Below are positions 10,801 to 23,822 of a stretch of DNA of 64,000 bases, piece after piece (the stretch's first letter is position 1; each line of letters begins with the position of its first letter). A program made the translations under genes and the position numbers. Under the pieces are notes generated by a model, which saw only the letters and a program-made list of their open reading frames with translations, was not told the DNA's origin and did no database searches. This DNA comes from Macrostomum lignano (lineage: Eukaryota). The stretch spans positions 1 to 64,000 of the forward strand of contig NIVC01003047.1 of assembly GCA_002269645.1 (NCBI GenBank), given 5' to 3'.

Positions 10801-13800
10801 TGATGCCGTACTCGCTCGGGTAGGGTATCGTGTCCTGAAATATGTTGAAAAGTATACCAGGTTGTGCTGAGAGTATACCAGAAGTTTCTGAGAGGCGTTG
10901 AGTCAGTCAATGTAGGAGCAAACTTTGTTCGATTGGGTGAACGTCGATTTGTCCTGAACTGTCATAGGAACTGTCATAGGGTGTTACGGTCATTGCACCT
11001 GCAATTTGTAACTGTTGAGTGACTGAAACTTTACAATGCTGGCCAACGTAAAATTTGCTCCTATGCAGCGGGATCCCCAATAGTGGACGCTGATCCCCGG
11101 ACGCTGATCTCCAGAATTAAAAATCCCCCAAGTGCAACCAGCCGCAAAAAAAGAGATTACGCCCGGGAACTTAAAAGACAAAATTTCGAACTTCACAACC
11201 AGTTTATAGCCTGGAATGAAATCATCCTTGGCTCCGATTCAATTTAAAAACGGGATTGCCCCAAATCCGTAAAAATCGCCCAGGGAAATCGCGGAGAGTG
11301 ATGCTTTCTCATTTTCCTGTCGAACTCCTGGCCAACGCGGCCTGCAGCTCGCTACACACGGGGAAGATAATTTCCCACCGCAGTTCGCCTCCTCTGAAAT
11401 CCTCATCAACTCTCCGCACTGGCCGGTGTAATTGCGAACTGACCCCCCTCCCGCCCGATTTCGTCAGCCCCAGGGTTGCGTGAACCGCCCGCCTGCCTGC
11501 CGGGGGAACTTTCCGGCCAAGCTGCCAATTAGGATAAATTTATTAAAGCTTCCCTGCCGAAGGCAACTGCTGGCTCACAATCCATCAATTGGCGCATCTG
11601 CCTTGTGTCGGCTATTTGCTGCCAAGCCCGAGAGAGAGACAGGTGAGACGCCAGTCCGCCATCCCGGCACGCAACGGACAGGTTTCTACTGGGTGCGTTG
11701 GAATTTCTGTTAACTAGCTGGTTAATCGTAGCTGCGGCAACCACGCCATTAGTTTCGGCTTGTTTGCGCAATCATACCATATAAGTTTATTCAGCCAACC
11801 TGCAGCATTGCGCTGACCGTAAGCCGAGGAACAACCCTATCTGCCGAGTGACAACTCAATCTGTCGAAGGACAACTGGATCTGTCTAATGATTACCTGTG
11901 CGAGCATTAAATACCAGGTAGCTTTGAGCAGCTGTCAGAGAATAGCAGCAACTACAAAAACAACAAGATACAACTCGCGCCAGGAACGAGTGGCCACAGA
12001 GAGGGGGAGGTGTCAGAATGCACGCCTTTGGGCCGCACTCCTAAAAAAGTCAGCTCCCCAGTCAGAGTCAGAACGGGGGCTCGCGCCTCCCTCAGAAGCA
12101 GCTCGAGGTAGCGCTTCGTTTGCCTTTGGCCTTGTCTCCGTGGGCCCTGCGCCGTCCACAACAGAAGGTCGTGTAACGGCTCGCGACAGGGACTCTCCGA
12201 CCGGATGACGTGGCCAGCCAGCCTGAGTCAGAGGGCTACATTAGGCGAGCTCTACCCTAGCGTGGCCTCTAGCTGCTTCTCCAGAGCATCCGTCAGGGTC
12301 CAGGTCCCAGCATTGTAGAGCAGAACAGCCTCGACGACTGCCCAAGCAGCTGAGACCTGGTTCTGTCATCCAGAGCCTCAGATCGCAGCACCGAGTGCAC
12401 CTACAAGCTAGCGTAAGGCAGTCCAGGACCGAAATCGCTCAAATCGAGCATATTTGAATTGTTTTTCAGATTTATGAGCTAGCAAAAAGGTGCTTGATTC
12501 CCTATGCAAGTCTATGCTGTCGAGTACACAAAAAACTCAGTCTGCAGTTGCCCGCACTCCGCACTCGGTCCCCAAAGCCAAACCCTAGAAAACTCGGATT
12601 TCTCAATAATCCACCGGCTCAATAGATAAATGAAGCTATTGGCCGCTAAGTTTAAACAAATACAGTTTTTCGACATCATTTTTTAGACAAGATTTGTGTG
12701 GCCCAAGGGACCAACAGCAAGTGTCGGAGAGAAGCCACGGGCTTAACAGATGCGGCCGTCATAAATCATTCAGGAGCCACTTCTAACAATCAATCCAGCC
12801 AAAGTGTGGAGTGCTTCACTTGATAATATCGCCCAGGAATAGCTCTATCTTCCCGCTCGTGCTAAAGCAAGTTTGGAAACAGTATAGAGCCTAGCGATTG
12901 AAAATTTATGGATCCCCATTAAAAATCAACTCGCTCCTCTGCACCCGACAGTTGCTAATCCTTGATCTGTCGGTGGACAAACCCGGTAGGGGGATTTTCC
13001 GTCTGACAGAGAAGAATTAGTGGGAGGAGCTTCGGAGAAAAATCGCTCATAAGCTGTCTGGCACGCGGGAGCTGACGGATTACACAGTTTGCTCAGCGGG
13101 CGATCAGCTCGCCCCGCCCTCCCAGGCCGAGACGGGGCGCTCAGAGGCGGAGCGGGACACCCCACTGACAGGAAGGTAAACAATGTTGAACCACTTGTCC
13201 TATTTCTCAATTTTTACTGCAAAAAGTTACCCGAGCAAACCCAGAAGCTGAGGAACACCTGGGGAATTATAGAAGCCTGAACTAGATTTTCGCATCGTGC
13301 GATTCCAGTTGGTGCACGTTCCATCCTGATGCAAAGCTGATGGACAAACCAAGTGGCCTGTGGTGGCTACACCTCTCAGACTATGGTTTATTCTGGATTC
13401 CTTTGATTGGGATCCTCAATGCAACATGTGGACGACATCTGAATCAGACAGAACGTCCGGCTCTATACTTCACTGGAATAAGTCTGGGAATAATACCATT
13501 AGAGTTTTCTGATGGCATCTGGGCAGCCGTTTCTGGCGCCTGTCTATTTCGCGTACTTTTCAGCAATAATTTATGCAGAAATATGTTGAGACAGATTCGG
13601 AAGCAACAATCACGTGATGGCCTGGAAGCGTCTGGCGATTGCTGACACCCCAAGATCCCATCGGATGAACTAAATCAGATTGCAGTGACATGTTGCACCT
13701 CAGCAACACCTCAGACCTCCCTTGTGCACTTTTCAGAGCTATCTTACCCATGGAATGATGCTCCAGTACCCACAGCCACATTATAAAGATCGAACGTATA

Positions 13801-16731
13801 CGAGCGTACTGTCCCTAAAATTCAGCCACATAAGTTTTTCTCTGTGGTAAGTTTTTAGAAACTGTAAAGCCCTAGCATGTCACTGGTTTGTTTTTAAATT
13901 TCAACCCGGGAACTATTGGGCGTCAAGGATCTGTTCTATACACTGTTTAATGCAGCGGGGAAGTCTTACCGAACAGAAAAGTGACTGCTCGCTGTTCCGT
14001 TGGCATCGTTTTAAGCAGGCTACTCTACAGTCGCTGAGGTGAGAGAGTCAGGTAGGCCCCTTATAGTGACCCAGTGCTCAGTCAGCTGCCATTTTACTGC
14101 ATATCCCCCGCTCTCTCCGGTTAAAACTCAAGGCGCTGACAGCCCCAATTCGTGAGGAACTCTTAAGAGGTCGATAGTGGACGACTTATTTTCAAGATGC
14201 ATCCCTTCCACACTGGCCAACAGCAGTGACCTCGAGATTTTTTACGATAAATGAATTTGAACGGGATAGCAAATCCCCTGGCCTTCTCGTAGTAATTTTC
14301 CGTAATGAGGATTTCGGAAGAAATTTCCTCCTCTTCAATATAATGATACCGGTAAGAGCCGAATTGCCGGTCCCTCGGGGCAGCAGCCGCACCCGGCTGG
14401 TGTACTTGCTTCCTTTTTGGCTTTGCATCGTTCCGCTGCTGCAATACCGATTCCTTCGATGCCAAATAGGCGGTGCAATCTATAGGAATTGCTTCTGGGT
14501 CGGGTTGATTTCCCGTACTTTGCAAAAGCCGCCGATGCCCTCGGCCCGCTAGGCTGCTCCTCTTGCATTCCGTGACCATTAGCTTTGGGATAATGAAAGC
14601 TAGCACTCACCCTCTCCTACACCCTGCTGCATTCCCCTCACACAACGGGAGGCAAACATGCTTAAAACCAAGAGCAACCGAGCCGCTCGGGCTTCAAAGA
14701 GGCCTCCTCCGACCGTCAGTGCAAGACAAACAGAGCAGAAGCGGAGCTGGACTTGAGGCAAAGAAGTGGCCCCCGGGAGAACTTTTGCCAAAGGCATCAC
14801 TGCAAACAGACGCAGCACACTTGACTTTGAGTGTCATGCGAGGCAACTACAGAAGACCACTGACCTGAAAATTTGCAAGGAAGTCGCACGAATACTAAGA
14901 CTGCGGTGTTTGACGTCCTTTAATGAGAAAACCTGGCACAAATTCTTTCTCAAATTCAGGTATAAATACCAGTCATTCAGACACAAGTAAATCGATAGTT
15001 GAAAGCCTAAAATTTCCTAATTTCACTCAATATGTTTGATAAAACTCAAAGTAAAAAACTATACTTTGATAGAAAATTTGAGTAGCGGAAAATACGTCCT
15101 CTCCAATCCAAGCAATTTCCTGCATCTCCTAGAAATGCAGGAAGCTTCCTAATGAGTTGCCCCCTGCTATGCGATGATGTTTCCTGCCGAGCACGTACTC
15201 AGTGCCTGAAAAACTAATAGTCAAATTTTAATTTCAACTTATTCTAGTCATTAGTAAAAGCAGTTGCGGGCTTAGCTATCTCTTCTATCAGGGAGACTTC
15301 TAAGAGATAGGCGAAAAAAATAAGTGAAACAGTGCGACATCACAGTACCGCTGTCACTAAAGCCGCACTGCCATTCACATCAATGACAGCAGCTTTAAAG
15401 TGTAAAGCGGCGGAAGCGGCAGCTGAGCCACACGAACTCTCAGCTCTGCATAGCAGCAACCCATCAACTGCAGCTGGGCAAAGCAGTGCACTTCTCCGTC
15501 TCCACTAAGCAAATGCGCAGAAGTGGCCCCAAAATGAGAGTTGCCGCATTGAGACCGCCGAGACCTGATCTCCCCTGTCAGCCTTAACAACTTCGCTCCG
15601 CCTAACTAGACGGATGGCCAGCCTGTGCTCTTGTCCGAAAATGCAAATTGATGTTCGCGCGCCCGCTGTGAGAATTTCTGGCCGCGGGCCCGGAGATAAT
15701 CGGCCGAATTGCCAATGCCAGTAATGGGTGTTTTCCTCTCCCTTGAGCTAATTGCCTCATTGACTCCAACAGATTCGCAATCAGTTCGCTCAGCAGCGGC
15801 TGATACCAGCAAAGTGTCAAGAATTCCCTCTCACAGTTGAGCAAGTGAAACACATTTTTTTAACTCACCTCCTGGTGCACAACGACTCTTAGACCGCCAG
15901 TCTCGAGGCCCGTAGTGACCGTGTCACTGTAGAAATCATTATTCTGGATGATGTCCACACTTGGGCTGTATAGAACCAGCACTAGGCCCTTTTCCACACC
16001 GCTTGATTTCATATATCTGTTGCTGGCCTTGAAGGAGAAGCAATTGCCATAGTCTCTGTGGTAGAATACTGTGAAGTTCTCCTCGGAGCAGGGTTCCTGA
16101 TTGTACTGGCAGTACACCAGCATGTCCAGGATCCGTGCGCTCACTTGGGTCATGTTAAATATCGGCCAGGTGTGCACGGCGTGCTCGAAACCTGAGTAGG
16201 CCAACTTCATCGCCCTCACGCGACTGTCCTCAGGCTTGTCTTCGTTTCTTGCAAAGCTGTAGCCGAGAATGAAGTTCAAAGCGAAATAGTTTTTTATCAT
16301 TTTGTTTCCGCTGTAAAGCTGCTGGGACGACATTGTGAAGAACTTCTTCATGAGAGGATCGCAGAATGTCACATCTGGGAATGAAAATCGATTAGTGAGC
16401 AAGCGTGTTGTGCTGGACACGGGGTAGTCACGGAACAGGCTGATCTGCTTGTACGTGTGCATGGTGAGGCCGGTCAATGCGCCGAGCACCACCAGGCACC
16501 ACAGCATCCGTAACCATGGTATTTGCTGAGAAAAGAAGCGACCGAGTCCGTGAGCCGAAGTCTTGTGCGCGAATGTGTGCACATTGGCGTAGAGCAGCGC
16601 CGGCGGTACCGGCTTTGGTAGGCGGCCTGCTGTTTCTCGTTCACGTCCACAGACTCTTGGGCTAACGCAGCCTCCAGACTCGAGTGGCCTGTCGAAGAAC
16701 CAATGCCTTTCTTGAACTGGCCGTCCTCCAT
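7831..16731 (-). CDS. DEG/ENaC (amiloride-sensitive sodium channel family) subunit, ~765 aa after correcting three 1-nt deletions
   Basis: Exons 16731-15869, 10834-10680, 9274-8705, 8613-8365, 8288-7831, all GT-AG with matching phases. Motifs: TSAHG, TM1, FPDVTFC, YGNCFSF, GLRVVVH, C...C...Y...S..WP, YELVNLFSDLGGIMG|LWIGVSMVTLCEFAE (TM2, GxS filter). Frameshifts near 16615, 9120 and 8415. Confidence 0.92.
12255..12400 (-). mobile_element. RTE/L2-type non-LTR retrotransposon fragment (RT C-terminal region) in ENaC intron 1
   Basis: Minus strand reads VHSVLRSEALDDRTRSQLL[fs]AVVEAVLLYNAGTWTLTDALEKQL, matching the LINE motif LLYG.ETWTLT. Confidence 0.6.
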
Positions 16732-19676
16732 CTCACCGATGGCTGGTCTGCGTAATGCTGAATTTATTTTAGGTTTCTGTTGCTTCTTATTGAAGCTGCA
16801 AGTAAATGCGGCTCAGGGCCATTCCGGTGAAAGAACACAGTTTTTGAGGTCGGCAGTGCCTAAAAAAGGTTTCTGGGTGAGTTTTCTATCTGTCAATGAG
16901 GTTTTAAGCAAGACTTGGAGTGCGTCTGAGCAGAGAACCGAGCGGGCACAACCGTCTGCAAGTTTCCCACGCGAGTGTCTTAATGCGCTTTTCCGCTTAA
17001 AGCAACTCTCCCATAGCAGTGGGCGATTCTCATTGGCCGCAACGCTTGCAGACGGATCGGTGGTCTGATTCGGTCGGCCAGTGGAAGCGATTGCAGGTGT
17101 TGGCTGCATCCTTGAAAGAAAGTTGCTTTTTGGCCGGAATCTCTAAGAGACGCTCTGTTTTATTCCGTTAACAGACCAGCCGACGCCGCCACGGCCCTGT
17201 CTGATGGACAGTTTCATCCCACTAGGAAGGATGAACCTCTCCAAACACAAGATCACGGACAAGACAGACAGAGCTGTGGCTGATTCACCGGGATTGTCTG
17301 TGATGCAGGGCGGCCGGAGGGGACAAACAGAAATCGATGCCACTCGTATGTCCGCACGCTTGCCGATGTCAGCTGGGAGCGGCGACATGGCCAGAGCTTT
17401 TTCTGTGTTTTTCCTGCCCTGAGCTCGAGCAATCAATTTATTCCTTCATCTTTGCACCCGCCTCCCCCGAACTATAGAAAGTTGTTTCAGCTTCCAGCCG
17501 TAGGATGGAGCTGACGATTTTCATACAGACGCTGCAGACGAGGAACGAACCATTTCTTTGGCGTAGTTTTCAGCTTCCAAAGCGAAATTTCAGGAAGCAT
17601 TGAAATGCGTGATAAGCCCCTGCACTTTAAACTCGTTCTATGAGTTCTTGTGCCTGTCTGTCTGAATAAACTGTTTCAAATTAATCAGCACTCTGCGTCC
17701 TCTTATTGATCGAAATTCGACCGAGTAGGTTTGCTCGGGAAAGACATCCTCGGGGTCAGAGCGGATGATTGAGACTGTCCTCACTATTAAGGTAGGGAAT
17801 TCTGCATTAATCGTATTGGTAGCATAGCATTCAATGCCAAGCAGTATCGCTTTCAATCGCGTGTCTCGTAAGTGATTACTAGTATATTGTGTTCCTGTAT
17901 TATTTGTCACACAGGTAGCCTTTGTGTTTTACAATCTACAGTGTAGGAAATCTATAAAAAATCTTTCGGGTTTCCCAGGTTTCTAAAGTTCGTAACCTTG
18001 AATTTTAACGTTACCGGAGAGTTTTTTAATGTCCACGCTAATTACGTTCAGCAACAGAGTCGGGAGTGTGTGATATTCGAAGAGTTTGCAGCTTCAACTA
18101 TCCTCAGAGCGTCTGGACTTTTAAGCATCTTGGAAGGGCTAACCTATGCCGAACCAGGCAGAGGAAGTAATGCTAATCAATAAGGCGAACATTGCTGATT
18201 AGCTGCTCTTGAGCTATTAGGAATATCTTCATGCTTGGATGGCCAAACGTATGTTTTCCATCCCTCAACTCCTAATTGATGGGGACAATCAAAAGGCTGG
18301 TAAAAAATCGACAGGTCGAAGCAATCTGATTTGCCTGGACTTGAGACTGGAAATTTCTCTCTGGTACTCGCTCACGGCCTGGCTCCCAGAACATCGAGTG
18401 CAGTGGTAAAAACTGGCATGGGATTTACAAAATTCGCTAAAGTTCAAGATGGCTAAATGCAATATCGACTTTCCTCCAATTCCTAGTGCACACAGTCTTT
18501 ATCGATGCAGCAGCTATGATGGCAACTTGTAACTGCTTTTTGGCTAACTACAACCGAAAATATATATCACGATAAGCGGGAAATGCCAGCTGTAATTTTG
18601 GCATTTTTGCAACTAAATGTGCCATCCCCTCCATACTAAATGTCTAAATATTTACTAGATGCCATAGCACAAGCCAGCGTAAACACAAGCACTCAGGGAT
18701 GTGAGCCAAGATTAATTCCGGACGAACACGACTGTCTCTGTCTTTTGCACCGCTCCATTTTCTGTGCCAATTAGAAGGAAAATTGACTGGACAAATTAAA
18801 TCAAGGCCCTTCGGTGGCGGACGGAGGCTGCAGCTGTGCAGGATACAAATCCCCTTGGCGGTCTCAATTTGACCTCGGAAGAGACATTTTAGACAAATGT
18901 TGGGCACTAAAACAAATTGGATTAGGGCTGGTCTGGCCGGATGGAACCAATCTGAATGTCTCAAGGATATGCAGTGAGAGCATTGATGTGTTATTTTGGC
19001 TGCATGCTTTCAGTCTCTTAGTGGTTGATTTATATATTTTCCTTTTTAACTTTAAATTAAAAAAAGTTATATTACTATGTAAATAGTTGATGAATAAAAC
19101 TTTGAGCTGCATGGAGTACAACAATTCGTAGTGTGGCTACGAGCTACTATGCTCAATTTTGCATTCCGAATGCCAGCAGCTATTCTCTCTCCTTCTCGCT
19201 CCCCTCTCTTACCCTGCCTCCGTGCACATTAGGCATGCAAAAGTGGACTGAGAAGCATCGGCAACTAAGCCACTCCTAGTAGACTGCCACCGCCCCAATG
19301 AGCACTCTGAGGCTTGAGTCAACCTACCCCCAAACGGAGTCAACGAGGTTTTGGTCGGTTAATTGAGGGCCATTTTTAGGGGCAGTCAGCCCGGCAGAGA
19401 CTCAGGCGCACAATGGTTGGGCTGTACAATAAGCCTTCCCTATGCACTTGCTTCTCCACTCTTCTCTTCTTTTGTTGCCATGCCAACCAGATGCATCTTC
19501 CAACCTCCCAATTGGCGCGCTTTTTTCAATCTCTCTCTCTCTCTTTTTAGTTTTAATAGCTGTGCAAGAGCCATATTCTCTTTTAAAAGAAATTCATCTT
19601 TGAACTGAGTGTCTAACTGCAATTTCTGTCAGCTGAAATAGTTCGCTCACTCCAGGAGAGCACAGACTGAGCAGCC

Positions 19677-21868
19677 ATGCAGCGCGAAGCAACAGGCGTT
19701 CTATTCAGCTACTTCAACAAGAGGTAAGCGATGCTGTTTGGCAGATATGCCGCGACATTAGCCGTGCGGTCCCGTTTATCACAGGCTCTGATCGGTCGGG
19801 AACTGCTACTATAAACCGTGCAGCCAGGCCAGAACCAGTCGAAAGCACTAGAAAAATAACCTTAAAAATCGGCGTTTTCGCCGGGGTAAGAAAAAACATT
19901 TCCGCCAGCGAAGTCTCCCAGGCTTGCGCGGCCGCCTGCAAAGTTGGCCTATAAAGAGCGACTAGGGGGTTGATTCATATTTTCCTTTAAATGATCCACT
20001 TGACCTTTTTCCAATTCTAGCCTGCTTGTTGGCTCTGGATTATAGCCTCGCAGGGGGAATAGCAGGGAGCAGTGGTCAGCGAAAGTGGGCCCGCTAATCC
20101 AAACTTTGATCAGGCGAAACCTGCCGACCAAAGACATGCTCCAGTAATCCCTGCTCGGCACTGCAGGCGAGTGTCGCAACCGGAATTCGGTACTTTAAAT
20201 GGGAATGGTGGTCACGATTAAGAAAAAACATCTAACGATTGATCCAACCTAGCGAATCTACGAATGACATATGACAGTTTAGCGGCAACATTTTTTTGAT
20301 AGCATATTCAATGGAACTCTTGGCATGATAACTAGCCCGGTCCCTTTCCAGCCAGTACCATGAGCGTTGCGTGCCAGCTCAGTCAACTCAGGCGGCGGCC
20401 GCGGCGGCTGAGAAGCCGCTGACCAGCGCCGAGCTGCGAAAAATGGACGCCGTCGGTCAGGACAAAGTCTGGCGTCAGTACGTGGAGAACGAGAGCCGGC
20501 ACAACAAGCAGTGGTGAGAGTCCGTTTTAGGTGGCATTCACGCATCCTTGATTACCACAGCCTACATCATCCATATCACTATGATTTGCGATTCCGCAAG
20601 GCTTTGTACAGCCTTGACTCTGAGCTTTGGTTTTACCTGAAGTTAGTTGGCCTAATATCAAGTCTTGGACGCACGTAGAGGTGTCCGAAAATCCAATCAC
20701 CCAGGTCACTCAACCATAGACGAGTATTGTGACCCAAGGGCGCAGCCAGGATTTTTTATTTTATTGGAGAGGCCAATTTAGTTGTCGGGGAACTGCAAAA
20801 ATTGGAAATAGAAATGCAAAACCTGCTTTAAAAGGCGCCAAATCAGCGGGTTTCCATACTTTTTTACCCCCCCCCTCTTGGCTACATGTACGTCTCTGTT
20901 CCAAGCACACATGGAATCGAACTTTGGCCCACAAGATCGTGATAACCTACCCTTATTTCAAATCTAACCATCCATCAATTATTTTGTTCGAATTTCAGGG
21001 AGCAAAACTGGGGCTTCATGGCGGAGTTCGATCAAAAGGTAAGAAATCTCAAAGCATCTCAGATTCTCAATAGTTCAATGTTTTAGTTGCGAGAGTGAGG
21101 TTCTAGGAATTCACTTCTCTGAGCACGGAGTCCTGAGCAGTTTAGTCTCTAAGCATGGGGTCCTGAGCACGTAGTCTCTGAGCATGGGATCTTGAGCATT
21201 TTAGTCTCTGAGCATGGGATCCTGAGCAGTTTAGTCCCTGAGCATGAAATCCTGAGCATTTTAGTCTCTGAGCACGGAGTCCTGAGCAGTTTAGTCTCTG
21301 AGCATGGGGTCCTGAGCACTTTAGTCTCTGAGCATGGGATCCTGAGCATTTTAGTCTCTAAGCATGGGATCCTGAGCAGTTTAGTCCCTGAGCATGGAAT
21401 CCTGAGCATTTTAGTCTCTGAGCATGGGGTCCTGAGCATTTTAGTCTCTGAGCATGGGATCCTGAGCAGTTTAGTCCCTGAGCATGGAATCCTGAGCATT
21501 TTGGTCTCTGAGCATGGGGTCCTGAGCATGTTAAATATAAAAGAATACATGTTGTGACTTTGGATGATATAAAAGTCAATATAAGTTGAGCGAGTCAATG
21601 GAATTTTTAAAAAGCTATTGTAAAAGGATAAAATTAGCACAATCAGACTTCGAATCCCATTAAACTCAACCCGCAGGGTAACAAGAAGGAGCGCAAGGTG
21701 CTGGCAGAGGAGTCCACCGTGTTCTCAACCAGCTTCCCGAACACGGACGCCGGGAACTACGGGCACCGGGTGAACACGGCCACTGGCCAGCGGTTGATGG
21801 ACATGCAGAGAAAATTTGACGCCGCCAACAAGAGGTCCAAGCCGGACAAGGATATTGTGTGCTACTGA
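19677..21868 (+). CDS. C2orf50: C2orf50 / CIMIP5 homolog (ciliary microtubule inner protein), 146 aa
   Basis: Exons 19677-19723, 20352-20513, 20999-21038, 21677-21868 in phase. Protein ...DAVGQDKVWRQYVENESRHNKQWEQNWGFMAEFDQKGNKKE...GHRVNTATGQRL matches my recollection of human C2orf50 (DGVQQDQLWRELLEAE...WIQNWSFLKDYDPMGNKKE...GSRLDTPLGQTL). Confidence 0.85.
21117..21528. repeat. 30-bp minisatellite in C2orf50 intron 3
   Basis: Unit TCTGAGCATGGGATCCTGAGCATTTTAGTC, built from two CTGAGCA-containing 15-mers. Confidence 0.9.
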
Positions 21869-22183
21869 GCGGCCCAGAGCCCTAAACAATTGAGCCTGTT
21901 TTTTGTAAAATCTAACGATTTTTTATCGCGCGAATATACTGTAACATATTATTTTTAACTGCATTATTATTTTAAACATATCGTCTCATGGCCGAAGAGG
22001 CTTCGTGACCGAAAGTTTTAAACTGGTTTTGATTGTTTTTTTATTATTTTTGTCTCCAAGCGTATATACTAACTGATCACGTGAAATTTTTTTAGTGAGC
22101 AAGAAGAGTTGGGGGGGAAGTGAGTGTGCAAAGCAATGGATGGGTCAGCCTTCTACGAGACCTAAAAGAGGGGTCTATGAGAA

Positions 22184-22824
22184 TTTCCCGCAGGAAGTTT
22201 TCCCACCGTGGTTTTCCCGTGAGAGTTTTTCCCGCCGAGCTTTTCCCGCCGGGTTTTTCCTGTCGGAATTTCAAGTTAAATCCAATCGGATTTGAAATAT
22301 AGTCTAGTCTAGTTCTAATATAGTCTGTTTTTAATCTAGTCTGTTTTTAATCTAGTCTAGTTTATGTCTAGTCTAGTCTAGTCTAGGCTATTTCTAATCT
22401 AGTCCAGCATTGTCTATAGATTGGATTTGACATGAGATTCCGACTGTAAAAACCCTGCGGGAAAACCTCGGCGGGAAAACCTCGGCGGGAAAACCTCGGC
22501 GGGAAAATCGGCGGGAAAACCTCGGCGGGAAAACCTCGGCGGGAAAATCTCGGCGGGAAAACCTCGGCGGGAAAACCTCGGCGGGAAAATCTCGGCGTAA
22601 AAAGCTCGGCGGGAAAACCTCGGCGGGAAAATCTCGGCGTAAAAAGCTCGGCGGGAAAACCTCGGCGGGAAAATCTCGGCGTAAAAAGCTCGGCGGGAAA
22701 ACCTGGCTGCGGGAAAACCTCGGCGGGAAAACCTCGGCGGGAAAACCTCGGCGGGAAAACCCCGGCGGGAAAATCTCGGCGTAAAAAGCTCGGCGGGAAA
22801 ACCTGGCTGCGGGAAAAGCTCGGC
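22184..22824. mobile_element. Foldback-like element: inverted arms of ~14-bp tandem units around a (GTCTA)n spacer
   Basis: Left arm TTTTCCCGCCGAG units (22184-22287), right arm CCTCGGCGGGAAAA units (22419-22824). Inner unique ends 22251-22287 vs revcomp 22419-22455 match 32/37. Confidence 0.75.
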
Positions 22825-22950
22825 GCGCTTGTTATGTTGCTCAGGATTCAGCGGAATGGGCAGAATTGCCTCAGGGCTGGTTGCGGGATCGGGACGATGT
22901 CGCTTAAGGTGTTGCGCCAAGGTGCCCCACAGCCCTCCTGCGGATGTTTA
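22822..22950. repeat. Dispersed ~125-bp repeat, copy 1 (copy 2 at 29970-30090)
   Basis: Shared blocks GGCGCGCTTGT, GCGGAATGGGCAG, AATTGCCTCA, GGACGATGTCGC, GGTGCCC in the same order. Confidence 0.8.
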
Positions 22951-23330
22951 TTTTTAGGGTCATCCAAAACGAAATAAATCATAAATTCATACTTAAAATT
23001 TCCTCTGAAAAGTCAACTATATACGAGATTCCATATATTTTTGCGCTTTTTCGATACAGCCTACCACAAGTAGCATAATGGGAATATATCGTCTCGTTTG
23101 GCTTTGCTTCTTCACTGAGTTTTCCAAAACGGAATATAAAATGTATTGCTTGATGAATTTCTACACTCGCACTACATGCACGATAACATTCAATATTGCA
23201 TGCAGCGATTCAAAGGTTCCATTGCAAAGTAACAGTTTGGCGGATTCCCGTTACAGTTTCGCTCACATTACCACACAAGTGTCGATCGCGTCATGCATAT
23301 GGCATTAAAGGCTTACAAAAAGCATACATG

Positions 23331-23822
23331 TAAGCGTAGGAACGGGGGCAGTAATGGTATCTGGCCCCTCCACATTTTAAATGCAAAATGTAGGCTTTTT
23401 GCTTGTTTCTTACTCTTATTTCTGGTTTTTGCTGCTTTTCATGAATGCACTTTGCTGCAGGACGACAAAACATATAGCGCCTACGGCGCGAAAATGAGTG
23501 CCTGCGGCGCCAAAATGAGTGCCTGCGGCGCCAAAACGAGTGCCTGCGGCGCGAAAATGAGTGCCTGCGGCGCCAAAATGAGTGCCTGTGGCGCCAAAAT
23601 GAGTGCCTGTGGCGCCAAAATGAGTGCCTGCGGCGCCAAAATGAGTGCCTGTGGCACAAAAAATGAGTGCTGACAACACCGATTCTGAAAATAATCGGTA
23701 CATGATAATGTGCATTTCCGATATACAAATTAAAAAAATCTAAGTTGACGGGGGCCGCCCTGTGCGCCCCCCCCCCTAAATCCGCCACTAAACCCCCACT
23801 TTTTGAAACGTTCCTCCGCCTA
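23331..23822. mobile_element. MITE-like element containing a 21-bp tandem array (23478-23670)
   Basis: Termini TAAGCGTAGGAACG and revcomp TAGGCGGAGGAACG (12/14); internal unit CGCCAAAATGAGTGCCTGCGG. Confidence 0.55.

Noticed and set aside
12172-12240. Solo LTR (TGTAACGG...CTACA)
   Set aside because: Only ~70 bp, no similarity to the 3907-4327 LTR beyond 8 nt, no TSD.
13300-15000. ORF-like stretches in ENaC intron 1 (e.g. 14163-14606 minus; Trp-rich plus frame 13330-13660)
   Set aside because: Multiple stops and no recognisable motif; probably decayed TEs, but unassignable.
20738-20888. MITE with GGCGCAGCCAGG / CTTGGCTACA ends in C2orf50 intron 2
   Set aside because: Terminal match is too short and degenerate, and no TSD is visible.
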